Below, one piece after another: positions 1 through 63,712 of a stretch of DNA of 64,000 nucleotides (the first letter of the stretch is position 1; each line of letters starts with the position of its first letter). The stretch is taken from assembly GCA_030390025.1 (NCBI GenBank), contig CM059425.1, forward strand, positions 165,976,001 through 166,040,000, in the 5' to 3' direction. This DNA comes from Squalus acanthias. Its lineage: Eukaryota. Position numbers and translations under genes: made by a program. The notes beneath the pieces were generated by a model. That model ran no database searches. It saw only the letters and a program-made list of their open reading frames with translations, and was not told the DNA's origin.

Positions 1-119
1 CAATGAGTTTACCCTTCTTTCAGCAGCCTTTTCTGGTTTAATGCAATTTTACATGACAAAGATTGACCAGGCCACACACGATGTCCCCAGGTCAATATTC
101 AGTCTTTTATCTTTAATCG

Positions 120-228
120 GGCAGGAAAGTGGTGTTGAGGTTGAAGATCAGCCATGATCTTATTGAATGGCGGAGCAGGCTCGAGGGGCCGTATGGTCTA
201 CTCCTGCTCCTAATTCTGATGTTCTTAT
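120..228 (+). mobile_element. CR1 LINE 3' end fragment
   Basis: ggagcaggctcgaggggccg...tactcctgctcc matches the reverse complement of the CR1 3' end at 16375-16460. Confidence 0.75.
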
Positions 229-569
229 AAAACCATCCTTTGAAGTCTGTTTTCACCAATGAAAGCTCAACTTTAGAAGTTGCTCTCACCATCAAAATGA
301 ACAATAAGAGACAGCAGGAAGGGTTTTAAAGTTACTGTGTTTTTAAAACGAGAGAGAAAAGATTAGCTGAAAAAAGTTAAAACAAAAAAGGACACAGGAG
401 AGAGAATGGAGGAAGGGACTGATGGGAGAAGCAGATGTAAAGTGCGTAAGATGTTTTTATTTAAAGGAAAGCTTAATAAACCAGTCTAGCACAATGAGAT
501 CAGTTTCCTGAACCTGCCAGGAGTCTAATATTCTGCTAAATAATTTTTCCACATGCATCAATGTTCTCA

Positions 570-51076
<50,507 letters not shown>

Positions 51077-51214
51077 CTGGAAAGAATTAACAGTATTATT
51101 TAAATGAAGACTTGCCTGACTGAATGTCAAAAATAGACACACCTCAAAAGATTAATTTTTGCATACTGTTCTTTCAACCATAATTCTCAAAGAGAGTCAC
51201 ACAATTTTACAAAG

Positions 51215-51880
51215 TATTAGAGATTACAACAAAGAAACAGGCAATTCGGCCCAAACAGATCATGTTGGCACTTACCCTCCACACGAACAGTAGTCCTAAT
51301 CCATGTGCCCACTCTGTTCCTATATCCCTTTCGGACCCCTTTCCTACAACTACCTATCTAAACTATTAAATTATGACATGGTCTCTGCTTCAATCACCAA
51401 CTCCACAGCCTCACAACACTATAAAGTTTCTCCTGCTTTCTATCCTTCATATTTTACATTTAATCTTAAAACTATGCCCCCTATTCTACCCCTTCAATCA
51501 CTGGAAACAGACTGTTTCTATCCACTTTGTCCTGTCACTTCAAGATTTTAACCACCTCTATCAAATCACTCCTTAATGTCCTTTGTTCTAACTAAAACAC
51601 CACCAACTTTTCAAGTTTTTATTCATACCAGGCAGCATTCGAGTGAATCTGCATTGTACCCTCTCTACTGCCTCAACATCCTTCCTATAGTGTGGAGCCC
51701 AAAACTGCACAGCACTCAAACAGTGGTCTTACTAAGATTTTATACAGATTCACCATTACATCTCAACTTTTATATTCTCCAACTCTTACCATAGAATCCA
51801 GTATTCCACTAGCTTTTGTATGATCTGATTTACTTGAGGTGCTGCTTTTAAGGACTTGTGAACATGAACCACCCTTTGCT
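51215..51880 (-). mobile_element. Old CR1 LINE 3' fragment
   Basis: ccttcctatagtgtggagcccaaaactgcacag and other blocks homologous to 16875-16915. Confidence 0.7.
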
Positions 51881-52931
51881 CTTCGTACCAGCTCACATTT
51901 ACTTATATTAATACTGCGCAGAAAGTTGAATTAACGTTTAGTGCTGAAACTTGCAAGACCCCAGGTTAATATACAATTCAGCTTGGACACCCTAGTAACT
52001 AGACCCAAGATTTCAAATATAAACTTGGATTTAAAAAAGTGTGATTTTAAACTCACTTTAAAGAAAAGATACTGTGGCAAATTTCCCTCTAAGAAACCTT
52101 GTTTTCTTATCTGTCAATAACTGTACATACAATAGCAAACTTAATAGAATTTGAAAAAAATCTACCAGTTTTAAAAACCTCATTGTCTCTGCATTGGCAG
52201 ACACTGGCCAAATGATCACAAATGACAGTTCTGGATATGAATCCGGAGTGATATGATGTATGTGCAATAGACACTACGCTTCCCCAGCACAGCGTCACCA
52301 GGACCAAATAAAAGCTCTCTAGAATTGGTAGTTATAGCATTTCAAATACGAGTAAAATCACAAGTAGCAAATAATTTAAAACAGGCCCTAGACGTGACTC
52401 CAGGATGGTATGTTGCCTCCCTGGTGCCAGGATCAAGGGCATCACGGAGCGGCTGCAGGACACTGAGGGGGGAGGGTGAACAGCCAGAGGTCGTTGTCCA
52501 TATCAGTACCAATGACAGGCAGAAAGAGAGAGGAGGTCCTGCAGGCAGAGTTTAGGGAGCTAGGAGAGAGATTAAAAAGCAGGACCTCAAAGGTAGTAAT
52601 CTCCAGATTACTTCCAGTGCCACATGCTAGTGAGTACAGGAATAGAAGGATAGAACAGATGAATGCGTGGCTGGAGAGATGGTGCAGGAGGGAGGGCTTT
52701 AGATTCTTGAGGCATTGGGACCATTTCTGGGGAAGGTGGGACCTGTACAAGTCGGACGGGTTACACCTCAACAGAGCCGGGACAAATATTCTCGCGGGGA
52801 GGTTTGTTAGTGCTGTTGGGGAGGGTTTAAACTAGCTTGGCAGGGGGATGGGCACCAGCATATAGGAGTCGAAAAGAGGAATAAGGTGCATAAAAGAGTG
52901 AGTGTGTTGGATAGTACTAGAGAAGATAGTA

Positions 52932-53295
52932 CAGGAAACTCTTTATTAACCGGCACCGACGGGACCGGCGTGGTGCCGGTTAATCAAAAAGTCCGGATAA
53001 CGGAGAGTTATATCTCCCAACGTACGAGAGCCCCATACACATTGACATGCGCCTGCATTCGGAGCTCCGTCTCCGCGGGGACCGCCAGCTGACCATCTGT
53101 CGTGTCCGCTGCCTACCCGGGCTGCACATTCCCCTCCCAATCTACATGCTCCGATACAAGGCAAACGCCTTGGGGTTTTTTAGAAAGTTATTTTTAAAGG
53201 AGAGATGAAGGAAAACCCCGGTTACCTACTCAAGAATTTTGCCGGTTAAGAGAGATTTCCGGTTATTTGGGTGCCGGTTAAAAGAGAGTTTCCTG
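52932..53295. mobile_element. Tc1/mariner-type MITE (364 bp) nested in CR1
   Basis: 26-bp TIR caggaaactctttattaaccggcacc / ggtgccggttaaaagagagtttcctg (2 mismatches); TA TSD. Confidence 0.88.
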
Positions 53296-54857
53296 TACTA
53301 GAGGTGGTAGTAGTACCATATTAGATAGGAGCAGACTAAGACAGACTATGAAAAATTCAAAAATGGGTTTAGAATGCATGTACGTAAACGCACAAAGTGT
53401 GGTGAATAAGGTTGGTGAGCTACAAGCACAATTAGCCGTGTGGCAATATGATGTTGTGGCAATAACGGAAACGTGGCTTAAAAATGGTGAGGACTGGGCA
53501 CTTAATATTCAAGGATACAAGGTGTTCAGAAAAGATAGGGAAGGAAAAAAGGGAGGTGGGGTGGCAGTGCTGATTAAGGAAGACATTGTAGTGTTGGAAA
53601 GGGAGGATGTTCTTGAGGGAACAAGGACAGAATCCATTTGGTTAGAGTTGAGGAGCAAAAAGGGTATGATCACGCTATTGGGGGTATTCTATAGGCCTCC
53701 AAATAGTGAGGAGGTGGGAGAGGAGCAAATCTTCAGGGAAATCGCAGAGTTATGCAAGAGCTATAGGGTGGTGATATTGGGGGACTTCAATTACCCAAAT
53801 ATCGATTGGGATAATGGTAGGGTAAAGGGAAAGGAGGGGGAGAAATTTCGGAAATGTGTTCAGGAGAATTTTCTTGACCAATATGTTCTTGGCCCAACTA
53901 GGAAGGAGGTATTGCTGGATCTGGTGCTGGGGAATGAGGTGGGCCAGGTCGACCAAGTGTCTGTGGGAGAACACTTGGGTACGAGTGATCATCGTATCAT
54001 AAGATTTAGATTAGCAATGGAGAGGAGCAAGGAACAATCTAGAGTGGAACTTCTAAACTGGAATAGGGCTCACTTCAATGGGATGCGAAAGGATCTAAGC
54101 CAGGGTAAAATGGAACCAAAGACTGACAGAAAAAACTGTAATGGAACAATGAGTGATCTTTAAGGAGGAGATGTTCCAAGTAATGCAGGGTACATTCCAA
54201 TATGGGAAGGGTAAGGGAACCAAAGCAAGGGCTCCTTGGATGACGAGGGAGATAGAGAAGATGATGAAACGAAAAAAGTGGGTGTACGATGCATGTCAGG
54301 TGAATTCTTCAAGGAAGAACCAGACCAAATACAGTAAGTTGAGAGGGTATGTGAAGATGAAAATAAGATCGGCAGAGAGAATATGAGAGTAGAATGGCGG
54401 TTAACATAAAAGGGAACCCAAAAATCTTCTACCGGCATGTAAACAGTAAGCAGGTAGAAAGAGGCGGGGTGGAGCCTATTAGAGACAAAGGTGGTGATAT
54501 ATGCTTAGAGGCGGAGGGCAAGGCTAGAATACTCAATGAGTACTTTGTATCGGAGTTTACTACGGAGGTGGATGCTGACAAAATATCGGTAGAAGTGGAA
54601 AAGGTAGAAGCAATGGAAGGGGTGAAAATTGATAAGACAGGATGTACTAGAAAAGCTGGGTATGCTTAGAGTGGATAAGTCACCTAGTCCAGATGGCTTG
54701 CATCCCAGGTTGCTAAGGGAATTGAGGGAGGAAATAGCAGAAGGGCTTGCAATAATTTTCCAATCTTCCCTAGATGCAGGGGCAGTGCCTGAGGATTGGA
54801 AAGTGGCAAATGTGACACCATTGTTCAAGAAAGGGTGCAAGGACAATCCTAGTAACT

Positions 54858-55076
54858 ACAAAAATGAGAAGTCGCACAACACCAGGTTATAGTCCAACAG
54901 TTTTATTTAAAATTACGAGCTTTCGGAGCGCTGCTCCTTCTTCAGGTACCTGACGAAGGAGCAGAGCTCCGAAAGCTCGTAATTTTAAATAAAACTGTTG
55001 GACTATAACCTGGTGTTGTGCGACTTCTCATTTTTGTCCACCCCAGTCCAACACCGGCATCTCCGCATCATGACCA
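54858..55076. mobile_element. Palindromic Penelope-derived non-autonomous element nested in CR1
   Basis: 90-bp inverted arms (54858-54947 / 54948-55037) plus a 39-bp tail; flanking direct repeat ctagtaactaca at 54849-60 and 55077-88. Confidence 0.8.
54947..54981 (+). ncRNA. Putative minimal type-I hammerhead ribozyme (mirror copy on the minus strand at 54914-54948)
   Basis: tac-CTGACGA-a-ggagc-aga-gctcc-GAAA-g-CTC-gta: both core boxes, 5-bp stem II, palindromic AGCT stem III, TAC/GTA stem I. Confidence 0.6.
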
Positions 55077-56692
55077 CTAGTAACTACAGTTTAACATCAG
55101 TGGTGGGTAAAGTTTTAGAAACAATAATCAAGGAAAAAATTAACGGGCACTTGGAGAGGTTTAAGCTAATTAAGGAGAGCCAACACGGATTTGTAAAAGG
55201 CAGATTGTGTTTGACTAATCAAATTTAATTTTTTGATGACGTAACAGAGAGGATTGATGAAGGGAATGCAATGGATGTTGTCTACATGGCTTTTCGGAAG
55301 ATGTTTGACAAAGTACCACATAGAAGGCTGGTGAACAAAATTGAGGCTCATGGAATAGGTGGGTCAGTGGCAGCTTGGATATGGAATTGGCTTAAGGACA
55401 GAAAACAGCAAGTTGTGGTAAATGGCTGTTTTTCAGACTGGAGGATGGTAGACAGTGGTGTTCCCCAAGGGTCAGTGCTGGGGCCACTGCTTTTTGACCT
55501 ATTTATTGGAATACAAGTAGAATTTCAAATTTGCCGATGACACCAAACTTGGGGGTGTGGCAAACAGTGATGATGATACCAATCAACTGCAACAGGACAT
55601 AGAAAGGCTAGCAGAATGGGCAGACAAGTGACAGATAGAATTTAATACAGAGAAGTGTGAGCTGATGCATTTTGGCAGAAGGAACAGGGAGGCGCAATAT
55701 ACACTTAATGGCACAGTTTTAAAGAATGGGCAGGGACAGAGGGACCTGGGAGTTAATGTGCATAGGTCCCTGAAGGTGGCAAAACATATTGAGAGAGTGG
55801 TTAACAAAGCATATGGGATCTTGGGCTTCATAAATAGTATTGAGTACAAAAGTAGAGAAGTTATGCTGAACCTTTATAAAGCGCTAGTTAGGCCACAACT
55901 GGAGTATTGTGTCCAGTTCTGGTCACCACACTTTAGGAAGGATGTGAAGGCCCTTGAGAGGGTGCAGAGGAGATTTATCAGAATGGTTCCTGGGGATGGG
56001 GGATCTTAGCTACAAGGACAGGTTGGAGAAGCTGGATTTGTTTTCATTAGAGCAAAGGAGGTTGCGGGGTGATTTGATAGAGGTGTACAAGATTATGACA
56101 GGTTTGGATAGGCTTGGCGGGGAAAGGCTGTTCCCACTAGTTGATAAATCTGTGTACCCTAGTCCTTGTACTAAGGTTTTGGGCAAGAGATACAGAGGGG
56201 ATGTGAGGAAAAACGTTTTTATGCAGTGAGTGGTGATGACCTGGAATTCTCTGCCGATGGAACTGGTGGAAGCGGAGACACTCAATGTTTTCAAGGGGAG
56301 ACTGGATAGGCACTTGAGGGAAATAAGCTTGCAGGGCTACGGGGATAGAGCGGGGGAATGGGACTGACTGGATTGCTCTGACTGGATTGCTCTACAGAGA
56401 ACCGGCACGGACTCGATAGGCCGAATGGCCTCCTTCTGTGCCGTTATGACTCAATGATTTTTATCTTCACAGTAGACTACATGGTGTACAATGATACATT
56501 AAGAAGCACCTTAAGCTCTTTGGGCACCCGTGCCCTGTAGGATCAGGCTCTCAATGTACTGACCTCTCAATGCAAGGTCAATCCTTTACTTAATTGGGTG
56601 GTGCTCTTGCTACTTAGTACATGTTGTGCTGGGAGGTTCACAGGGGTCAGGGGCTGGAATGTCAAGCAGCCAGGGAAGGGCTACCCCTAAAG

Positions 56693-58425
56693 CAGTGGTT
56701 CTCAAACTGGGGTCCGTGAGAAGGTTTCTGGGGTCCGCCAAAAATGTATAGAAAAAAAATTGACGTGATAATAGACCAATCAAAATTGGAGTCGGGACAA
56801 GCGGCGGCCGAGATGCCTTGTCAATCAAGTTCAATGAGAGTGAATCAGGCCGGGGGGTGTCTGTGTTCACACAGGTTTTGGTGGAAATGTGGAGAGAGAG
56901 AGAAAGCAAGCCGGTCTGTGCGCGAGGCAGCGTTGCGGTTGGTGTTTGGAAGCAGCGCAGGGAGACCGACCCAGGAGGGAAGGAGCGGGGTAGGGCAATG
57001 AGGTAAGATGGTTGTGGCATTTGTGGTCGCGATGTTGTTCCTGGAGATCCAGATTCAGAAGCTGGAGGAATCTCGGGGAAAACTGGGTAAGTCAGGACAT
57101 TGTTAGCGTTTGTGCGGTAAAAGCCCATGCTGTACACAGAGCTTTGTAGTAATATAGACGGGAACCTGGCAATTTAATTTTACATGTATTTATTATATAT
57201 TAAAAACTCATTTCCTAATCTCAAACCATCCCCTTTGGCGGTATATTATCAATAAAGCAGCTGCACTTAACAAATCTTGTTCTTGTTTGTAAAAGTTTTA
57301 TTTTTATGTTGTTCATAAAGCAGTCTGTGATGGATGGTTTCAGCCACTGCACGAAAGCCCAACATTTGGAAAAGTGTTTATATGTCTTCGGAGTCAGTGT
57401 ATACATGTGCCATTTGAGTGAAAAAACACTGGCCAAGACAGGGCTTGTTACAATTGCTGTGCAACTGAATTGTATTAAACTAAATCATTAATGCAGATAT
57501 TGGCTTGGAATTTGCAGGTCGGGATCACGGCGAACTGGCAGCGTTTGCCATCATTCTGCCTTTGAAACTGACCGCAATTTCGGGATTTGGTGCATGCGGG
57601 AAAACCCGAAGTTGCAGTCTGTCAATGACACCTCTGAAACTGGCTGCGCTGTGCCCCCCTCCCCACAGAGCCGGCAACCAGTGAAATCTCGTAAATCATT
57701 GAAACTGGCGAAAACTTCGGCTCTTCCGCAATAAGTACGCTGTTAAATTCCCCATTAAAAGTTAGACCCAAAGGGATTAGGTGTAACTGGAGTTTTAAAC
57801 AGCATATTGACTGCTAAACAAAGGTTAAGGGCCTGGAAAATGAATTTTAATTTGGTGCAGTGTCAAATTTGTCCATTTTAATAAAAATTAAAATAAAGAA
57901 ACTTAATTTTTTTTTAAAGTTTGTCCCTCTTTATTTCAGTTTTGCCTTTTCCCCATGTGAGCCCTATAGTCTTTCTTTTGCTCTCCAACTGTTTTTAAAA
58001 AGTTAGAATTTTAAGAGCTTACTCACTTCCTTGTTCATCGTCTGTGAGAATTCTGCCTTTTGATTGGCTGCTTAGACAGCTTGTTGATGTCACAGCAGTT
58101 CGAAGAAGGAAATCCCCATTAAGTTCCGTTGAATTGAATTGAATGTCGGAAAACATGAAATTCTTGACACTGGGATTGCGAGATCCTTGTGCAGAGCGTA
58201 CTTTGGGCTAGCGGCAAACGCCTTTGCTTCACTGCTGACCACAAATTCTGGGCCAATCATTGTACATGTATATTATGATTTTGTAATCCCGTGAGTGAAC
58301 TTACAAGAGTGGGAAAGTTGCAATTACAATAAAATATAGTATTATAATTTAATGGGGGCGGGGGGTCAGCGACTACTAATCCATTTGAAAAGGGGTCCTT
58401 CAACCCAAAAAGTTGGAGAACCACT
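56693..58425. mobile_element. hAT (Charlie-like) non-autonomous element
   Basis: TIR cagtggttctcaaact / agttggagaaccact; left flank ccctaaag partly repeated on the right (taaag); related terminus at about 13160-13209. Confidence 0.7.
57501..58255. mobile_element. Harbinger-like MITE nested in the hAT element
   Basis: tggcttggaatttgcaggtc ... gaccacaaattctgggcca imperfect TIRs. Confidence 0.65.
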
Positions 58426-59044
58426 AAAGCATCAGCATTTTAAAAAAAAATCTCTCTGGCACAAACACCCCGGTTAAGGACTGGCTGCTAGAGGCCAAGC
58501 AAATGAAGGGGCACAAAACATACAATGATCCTATTACAAGGAGAGGGTCACCCAAGAGAAAACTTTTACTTTAAAATCAAGCCAGTCTTAACATCTGAAG
58601 TGGTGCTCAGGCCCTCCAGTCGCATTTAAGAAAGTTCTGGCTTTAATGAACCTTGTGCTAATGCCCTAGCATGTCAAATATTTCTTGGCTACATTGTTAT
58701 CCACTGGTTGCTTTCGGCTCACGGTGGGTCTCAGATCCCAGCCTCGATCATGATGCTTCCTACTATATTATTGGCCCCCAAGCACCCTTAATGTGCTAAA
58801 TTTTTTGCTACTTGTGATTTCATTTCTATTTGAAATGCCATAGCTACCAACTCGAGACCTTTTATGTAGATACAATAAAAATTAAATCATGTTTTACATA
58901 TATTTTCCTTGGGAATGCATGAATTGTCCATTTATAGTAGTTAGATTTACAGTCAAGTATTAATAATTCTTTTCAACAGATCATTTTGTTTTAAACGCCT
59001 CAGTTTAATAAATATTTCTATTTAAAGGGCTTGTCTTTAAATCT

Positions 59045-61750
59045 CAACTGTCCAGCCTTTGGCCCTCCATTCACCATGACATTTCTGCAGCTACCGATCT
59101 GCTCAACCACACCCTCACCACCATCTTTGATGCCCTAATCCCTATTAAAACAATTACTCTCACCCTAGTAGTTCCCCCTGGTACGGCCCTCATCTTCGCT
59201 GCTTTAAGTCCAAGGGACACAGACTTGAACAGATATGGCGGACAACTGGTTTAGCCATTCACCGCCAGATCTGGCTGGACCACAAAGCATTATCGGGTCC
59301 TGCTCTCGTCTGCCAAAACTGCCCACTATTCCAAGATCATTCTGAATGTAAAGATAACCCCCGGCTTCTATTCTCCACTGCTAACCGTCTTCTTAAACCC
59401 CTCTGCTCTGTCTCCTCCACCCTCACCTCCAACAACAAGTGTGAGGAGCTCATGGACTTCTTTGTCTCTAAGATTGAGACCATCCGTTCTAGCTCCCTCT
59501 GCCACTTCCCTTCCTTCCTTCCCCATGCCCACCGAGCCAAACTTCCTCTAAGGTTCCCCCCAGCCGTAGCCCTGAACTCTCAACTTTCTCCAGTTTCTCT
59601 CCGATCTCCCCTCATAACCTCTCCGTGCTCATCTTGTCCATGAGACCCACTTCCTGCTCCCTCAACCCTATTCCCACGAAACTGTTGGCCACCCAACTTC
59701 CATTTCCGGCTCCCATGTTAGCTGACATTGTTAACAGTTCTCTCTCCTCAGGTACTGACCCCCTCTCCTTCAAATCTGCCGTCATCACCCCGCTCCTCAA
59801 AAAAACAACCCTTGACCCCCTCCATCCTTGCAAACTACCACCCCATCTCCAACCTCCCTTTCATCTCCAAAATCCTTGAACGTGTTGTCGCCTCCCAAAT
59901 CCGTGCCCATCTTTCCCGCAACTCCATGTTTGAATCCCTCCAATCACGATTCCTTCTCTGCCACAGTACCGAAACGGCTCTCATCAAAGTCATAAATGAC
60001 AACCTCTGTGACTGTGACAAAGGTAAACTATTCATCCTCGTCCTTCTTGACTTGTCTGCAGCTTTGACACTGTTGACCACTCCATCCTTCAACGCCTCTC
60101 CACCGTTGTCCAACTGGGTGGGACTGCAGTCACTTGGTTCCATTCTTATCTATCTAATCATAGCCAGAGAATCACCTGCAATGGCTTCTCTTCCCGCTCC
60201 CGCATCGTTACCTCTGGTGTCCCCCAAGGATCTATCCTTGGCCCCCTCCTATTTCTCATCTACATGTTGCCCCTTGGCGACATCATCCAAAAACACAGCG
60301 TCAGTTTCCACATGTACGCTGACAACACCCAGCTCTACCTCACTACCTCTTCTCTCGACCCCACCACGGTCTCTAAATTATCAGACTGCTTGTCTGACAT
60401 CCAGTTCCGGATGAGTAGAAATGTTTCCAATTAAATATTGGGAAGACCGAAGCCATTGTTTTCGGTCCCCGCCACAAACTCCGTTCCCTAGCCACTGACT
60501 CCATCCCTCTCCCCAACATCTGTCTTAGACTGAACCACACTTTTCGCAACCTTGGTGTCATATTTAACCCGGAAATGAGCTTCCAACCACATATCCGCAG
60601 CATAACTAAGACCGCCTATTTCCACCTCCGTAACATCGCCCGCCTCCGGCCTTGCCTCGGCTCATCCGCTGCTGAAATCCTCATCCATGCCTTAGTTACC
60701 TCTAGAGTTGACTATTCCAACGCACTCATGGCTGGCCTTCCACATTCCCCCCTACATAAATTTGAGGTCATCCAAAACTCGGCTGCCCGTGTCCTAACTC
60801 GCACCAAGTCCAGTTCACCCATCACCCCTGTGCTCGCTGACCTACATTGGCTCCCGGTTAAGCAAAGCCTCGATTTCAAAATTCTCATCCTTGTTTTCAA
60901 ATCCCTCTATGGGCTCGCCCCTCCCTATCTCTAATCTCCTCCACACTATAGGAAGGATGTGATTGCATTGGAGAGGGTGCAGAGGAGATTCACCAGGATG
61001 TTACCTGGGCTGGAGCGCTTCAGCTATGAAGAGAGACTGGACAGGCTGGGGTTGTTTTCCTTAGAGCAGAAAAGGCTGAGGGGGGACCCAATTGAGGTGT
61101 ACAAAATTATGAGGGGCTAATAACCAGGGGGCATAGTGTCAAGGTAAGGGGTAGGCGGTTTAGAGGGGATTTGAGGAAAAACTTTTTCACCCAGAGGGTG
61201 GTTGGAATCTGGAACTCACTGCCTGAAAGGGTGGTTGAGGCAGGAACCCTCAACCTTCAAGAAGCATTTAGATGAGCACTTGAAACACCATAGCATACAA
61301 GGCTACGGGCCAAGTGCTGGAAAATGGGATTAGAATAGACAGGGCTTGATGGCCGGCGCAGACACGATGGGCCGAAGGACCTCTTTCTGTGCTGTATAAC
61401 TATGACTCGAGCCCCACAACACCCACCCCCCGACCGACATATCTGCTCTCCTCTAATTTTGCCCTCAAGCATCCCTGATTATAATCACTCAACTACTGGT
61501 GGCCGTGCCTTCTATTGCCTTGGCCCTAAGCTCTGCAATTCCCTGCCGAAACCTCTCCGCCTCGCTACCTCTCTTTCCTCCTTTGAGATGCTCCTTAAAA
61601 CCTACCTCTTTGACCAAGCTTTTGGTCACCTGCCCTAAATTCTGCTTATGTGGCTCAGTGTCAAATTTTGTGTCTTATAATACTCCTGTGAAGCGCCTTG
61701 GAACGTTTTACTACTTTAAAGGCACTATATAAATACAAGTTGTTGTTGTC
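59045..61750 (+). mobile_element. L2 LINE (RT to 3' end), interrupted by a CR1 fragment
   Basis: NYHPISNLPFISKILE, HSTETAL, LLDLSAA and LVTSRVDYSN in ORFs 59625..60934; tail aaatacaagttgttgttg. Confidence 0.93.
60944..61408 (+). mobile_element. CR1 3' fragment nested in L2
   Basis: aggaaggatgtgattgcattggagagggtgcagaggagatt...gggccgaaggacctctttctgtgctgtataactatgact; L2 resumes at gccccacaac. Confidence 0.88.
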
Positions 61751-62454
61751 TATGCACCTACTATACTTTAAGCCAAAGGAATTCTCCCTTGGACATGTGC
61801 TGCATAACATGGGGCAAGACTGTGTAAGCATTATTAAAGGTAAATACTTACCTATAGACTTTAATAAATATAAACATTTATTCTACTGGAGCGCTTCTTT
61901 TAACAAATACTTGGCAGAGAGACACAATAAATTTCTAGCAATCTGCTTCTAAAAGAACAAAATCCCAATGACACCAGTAAAAGCATCAGACATTTCCTTA
62001 GTTAGCATCAGCCTTAACATCCACTTCAACAGAAGCTGAAAAAAATGGGCAGCATACCTGACTCTTCAAGGGAGACCAATAAATACATTGTAAAAAAGGC
62101 TTAAAAACACATGGGGATGATTTGCTAAGCATATTCACAAGGAACAAGAGCACAAATACAATATTAACTGGGTGAATTACAAAAATAAAGCTGAAGCAGC
62201 TGGATTAAATAGAGAATCAATAAAAGGTCATGCCTGTTTAAATTACATTAAAACAGGCCTCTGTTCTGGTCAAATTACTATAATTTTACATGCATTTGTT
62301 GCCAAGTACACGATCAGATGTTATAAGCCTGTTCGATTAGCACTAAATACCATGAAATAATTTATTATCCCAAACAGCATGAAGTTATCGTGAATCCATA
62401 AACAATCTCAACAAGTACTGCTTGTAAATAATTTGCTGTTGAATTTCCACTTAC

Positions 62455-63712
62455 TTTTAACTGTGAAGATCTGTGCACCAGAATTAGCCGCTCCTTTAGT
62501 CAAGCTGTTCCAGTACAACTATGACCCTGGCATCTACCTAACAATGTAGAAAATTGCCTGGGTATGTCCTATCCCATAAAATCAAAATACATCTAACCCA
62601 GCCAATTACCACCCCATCTACCTCCTCCTAGTCATCAGTAAAGTGATGGTACGAGCCATCAAGCAACACCTACTCTCAAAATAAGCTGCTGCTAACACTC
62701 AGAGCCAGACCTCGTCACTGCCTTCATCCAGACATGGACACAATCTCGATGACAGAGAAAAGGTGAGTGTACCCGGCCCCTGGTATCAAGCCAGCACTTG
62801 GGTGAGTATGGTACCAAGTAGTAAAACGGAGATTAATGGAAGTCAAAAGGAAAACCTATCAGCTGGAATCATGCCAGACAAAAAAGGAAGATGATCATGG
62901 TTGTTGTTGGCCAACCATCACAGCCCCATGACATTGCTGCAGGTACTTCTCGAAGTGTCCTCAGCCCATTCATCTTCAGCTGCTTCATCAATAAGGTCAG
63001 GAGTGGGTGTGTTTACTGACACCTTTACAACTCCATTCACAACTCCTTTGACAACAAAGCAGCCCAATCAGCCTATAATATGACCTGAACAACATCCAGG
63101 CTTGGATTGACAAGTTGTAGGGAACATTCATGCCAGGTAATGATCCATCTCAAATAAGAGAAAGCCCAGCCATTCCTCTTGGCCTTTACCAGTGCCATCA
63201 TCGCCGAGTTCTCCCCCATCAACATCTTCAAGGGTTCACCATTGACCTAAAGCTTAAGTGGACCAGTCATATCAACATCATGGCTATGAGAGCAGGGCAG
63301 AGGCTCGGTGATGAGTGACTCATCTCTTGACCCCAAAGCTTCTCCACCACCTACAAGGCTCAAGTGTAACAATCTACAGAATGACCTGCATCAACTCACC
63401 AAGGTTACTTTGACAACACCTCCCTCCCTTGCTAGCTCTACCAGCGAGAAACACAAGCGAAGCAATGTTGCAAGAACATTATCACTTCCAAGTTTTCTTC
63501 CAAGTAACACACCATCATGATTTGGACCTATAGTGCTGTTCTTACATCGGTGGACCAATATCCTGGAATTCCCTACCCAGCAACATCATGGGAGCACCAT
63601 CACAAGGGTTGCAGTGATTCAAGTAAAAGTCCCACCACTGCGTTCTCAGGCCAAGTAGGGATGGGCAAGAAATGCTACCTTGCTAGTGTTGCCCACATCT
63701 CGAGGAGAAATA
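62455..63712 (+). mobile_element. Old degenerate copy of the CR1-like LINE family at 31810-34508
   Basis: Colinear with about 33020-34505 (tgtgcaccagaattagcc, gccaattaccaccccatc, gcccacatc). Confidence 0.82.

Larger units (their letters stand above)
52400..56458 (+). mobile_element. Near full-length CR1 LINE (ORF1 SGNH-esterase part plus ORF2 APE/RT), disrupted, with two nested insertions
   Basis: ORF 52476..52835 (DGLHLN esterase motif), ORF 53348..54163 (VAITETWL, ILGDFNYP, SDH), [25 protein letters not shown], 3' end ggccgaatggcctccttctgtg. Confidence 0.94.

Noticed and set aside
53348..54163. Intact endonuclease as a domesticated gene
   Set aside because: It is part of a CR1 ORF2 that is frameshifted downstream; ordinary young LINE decay explains it.
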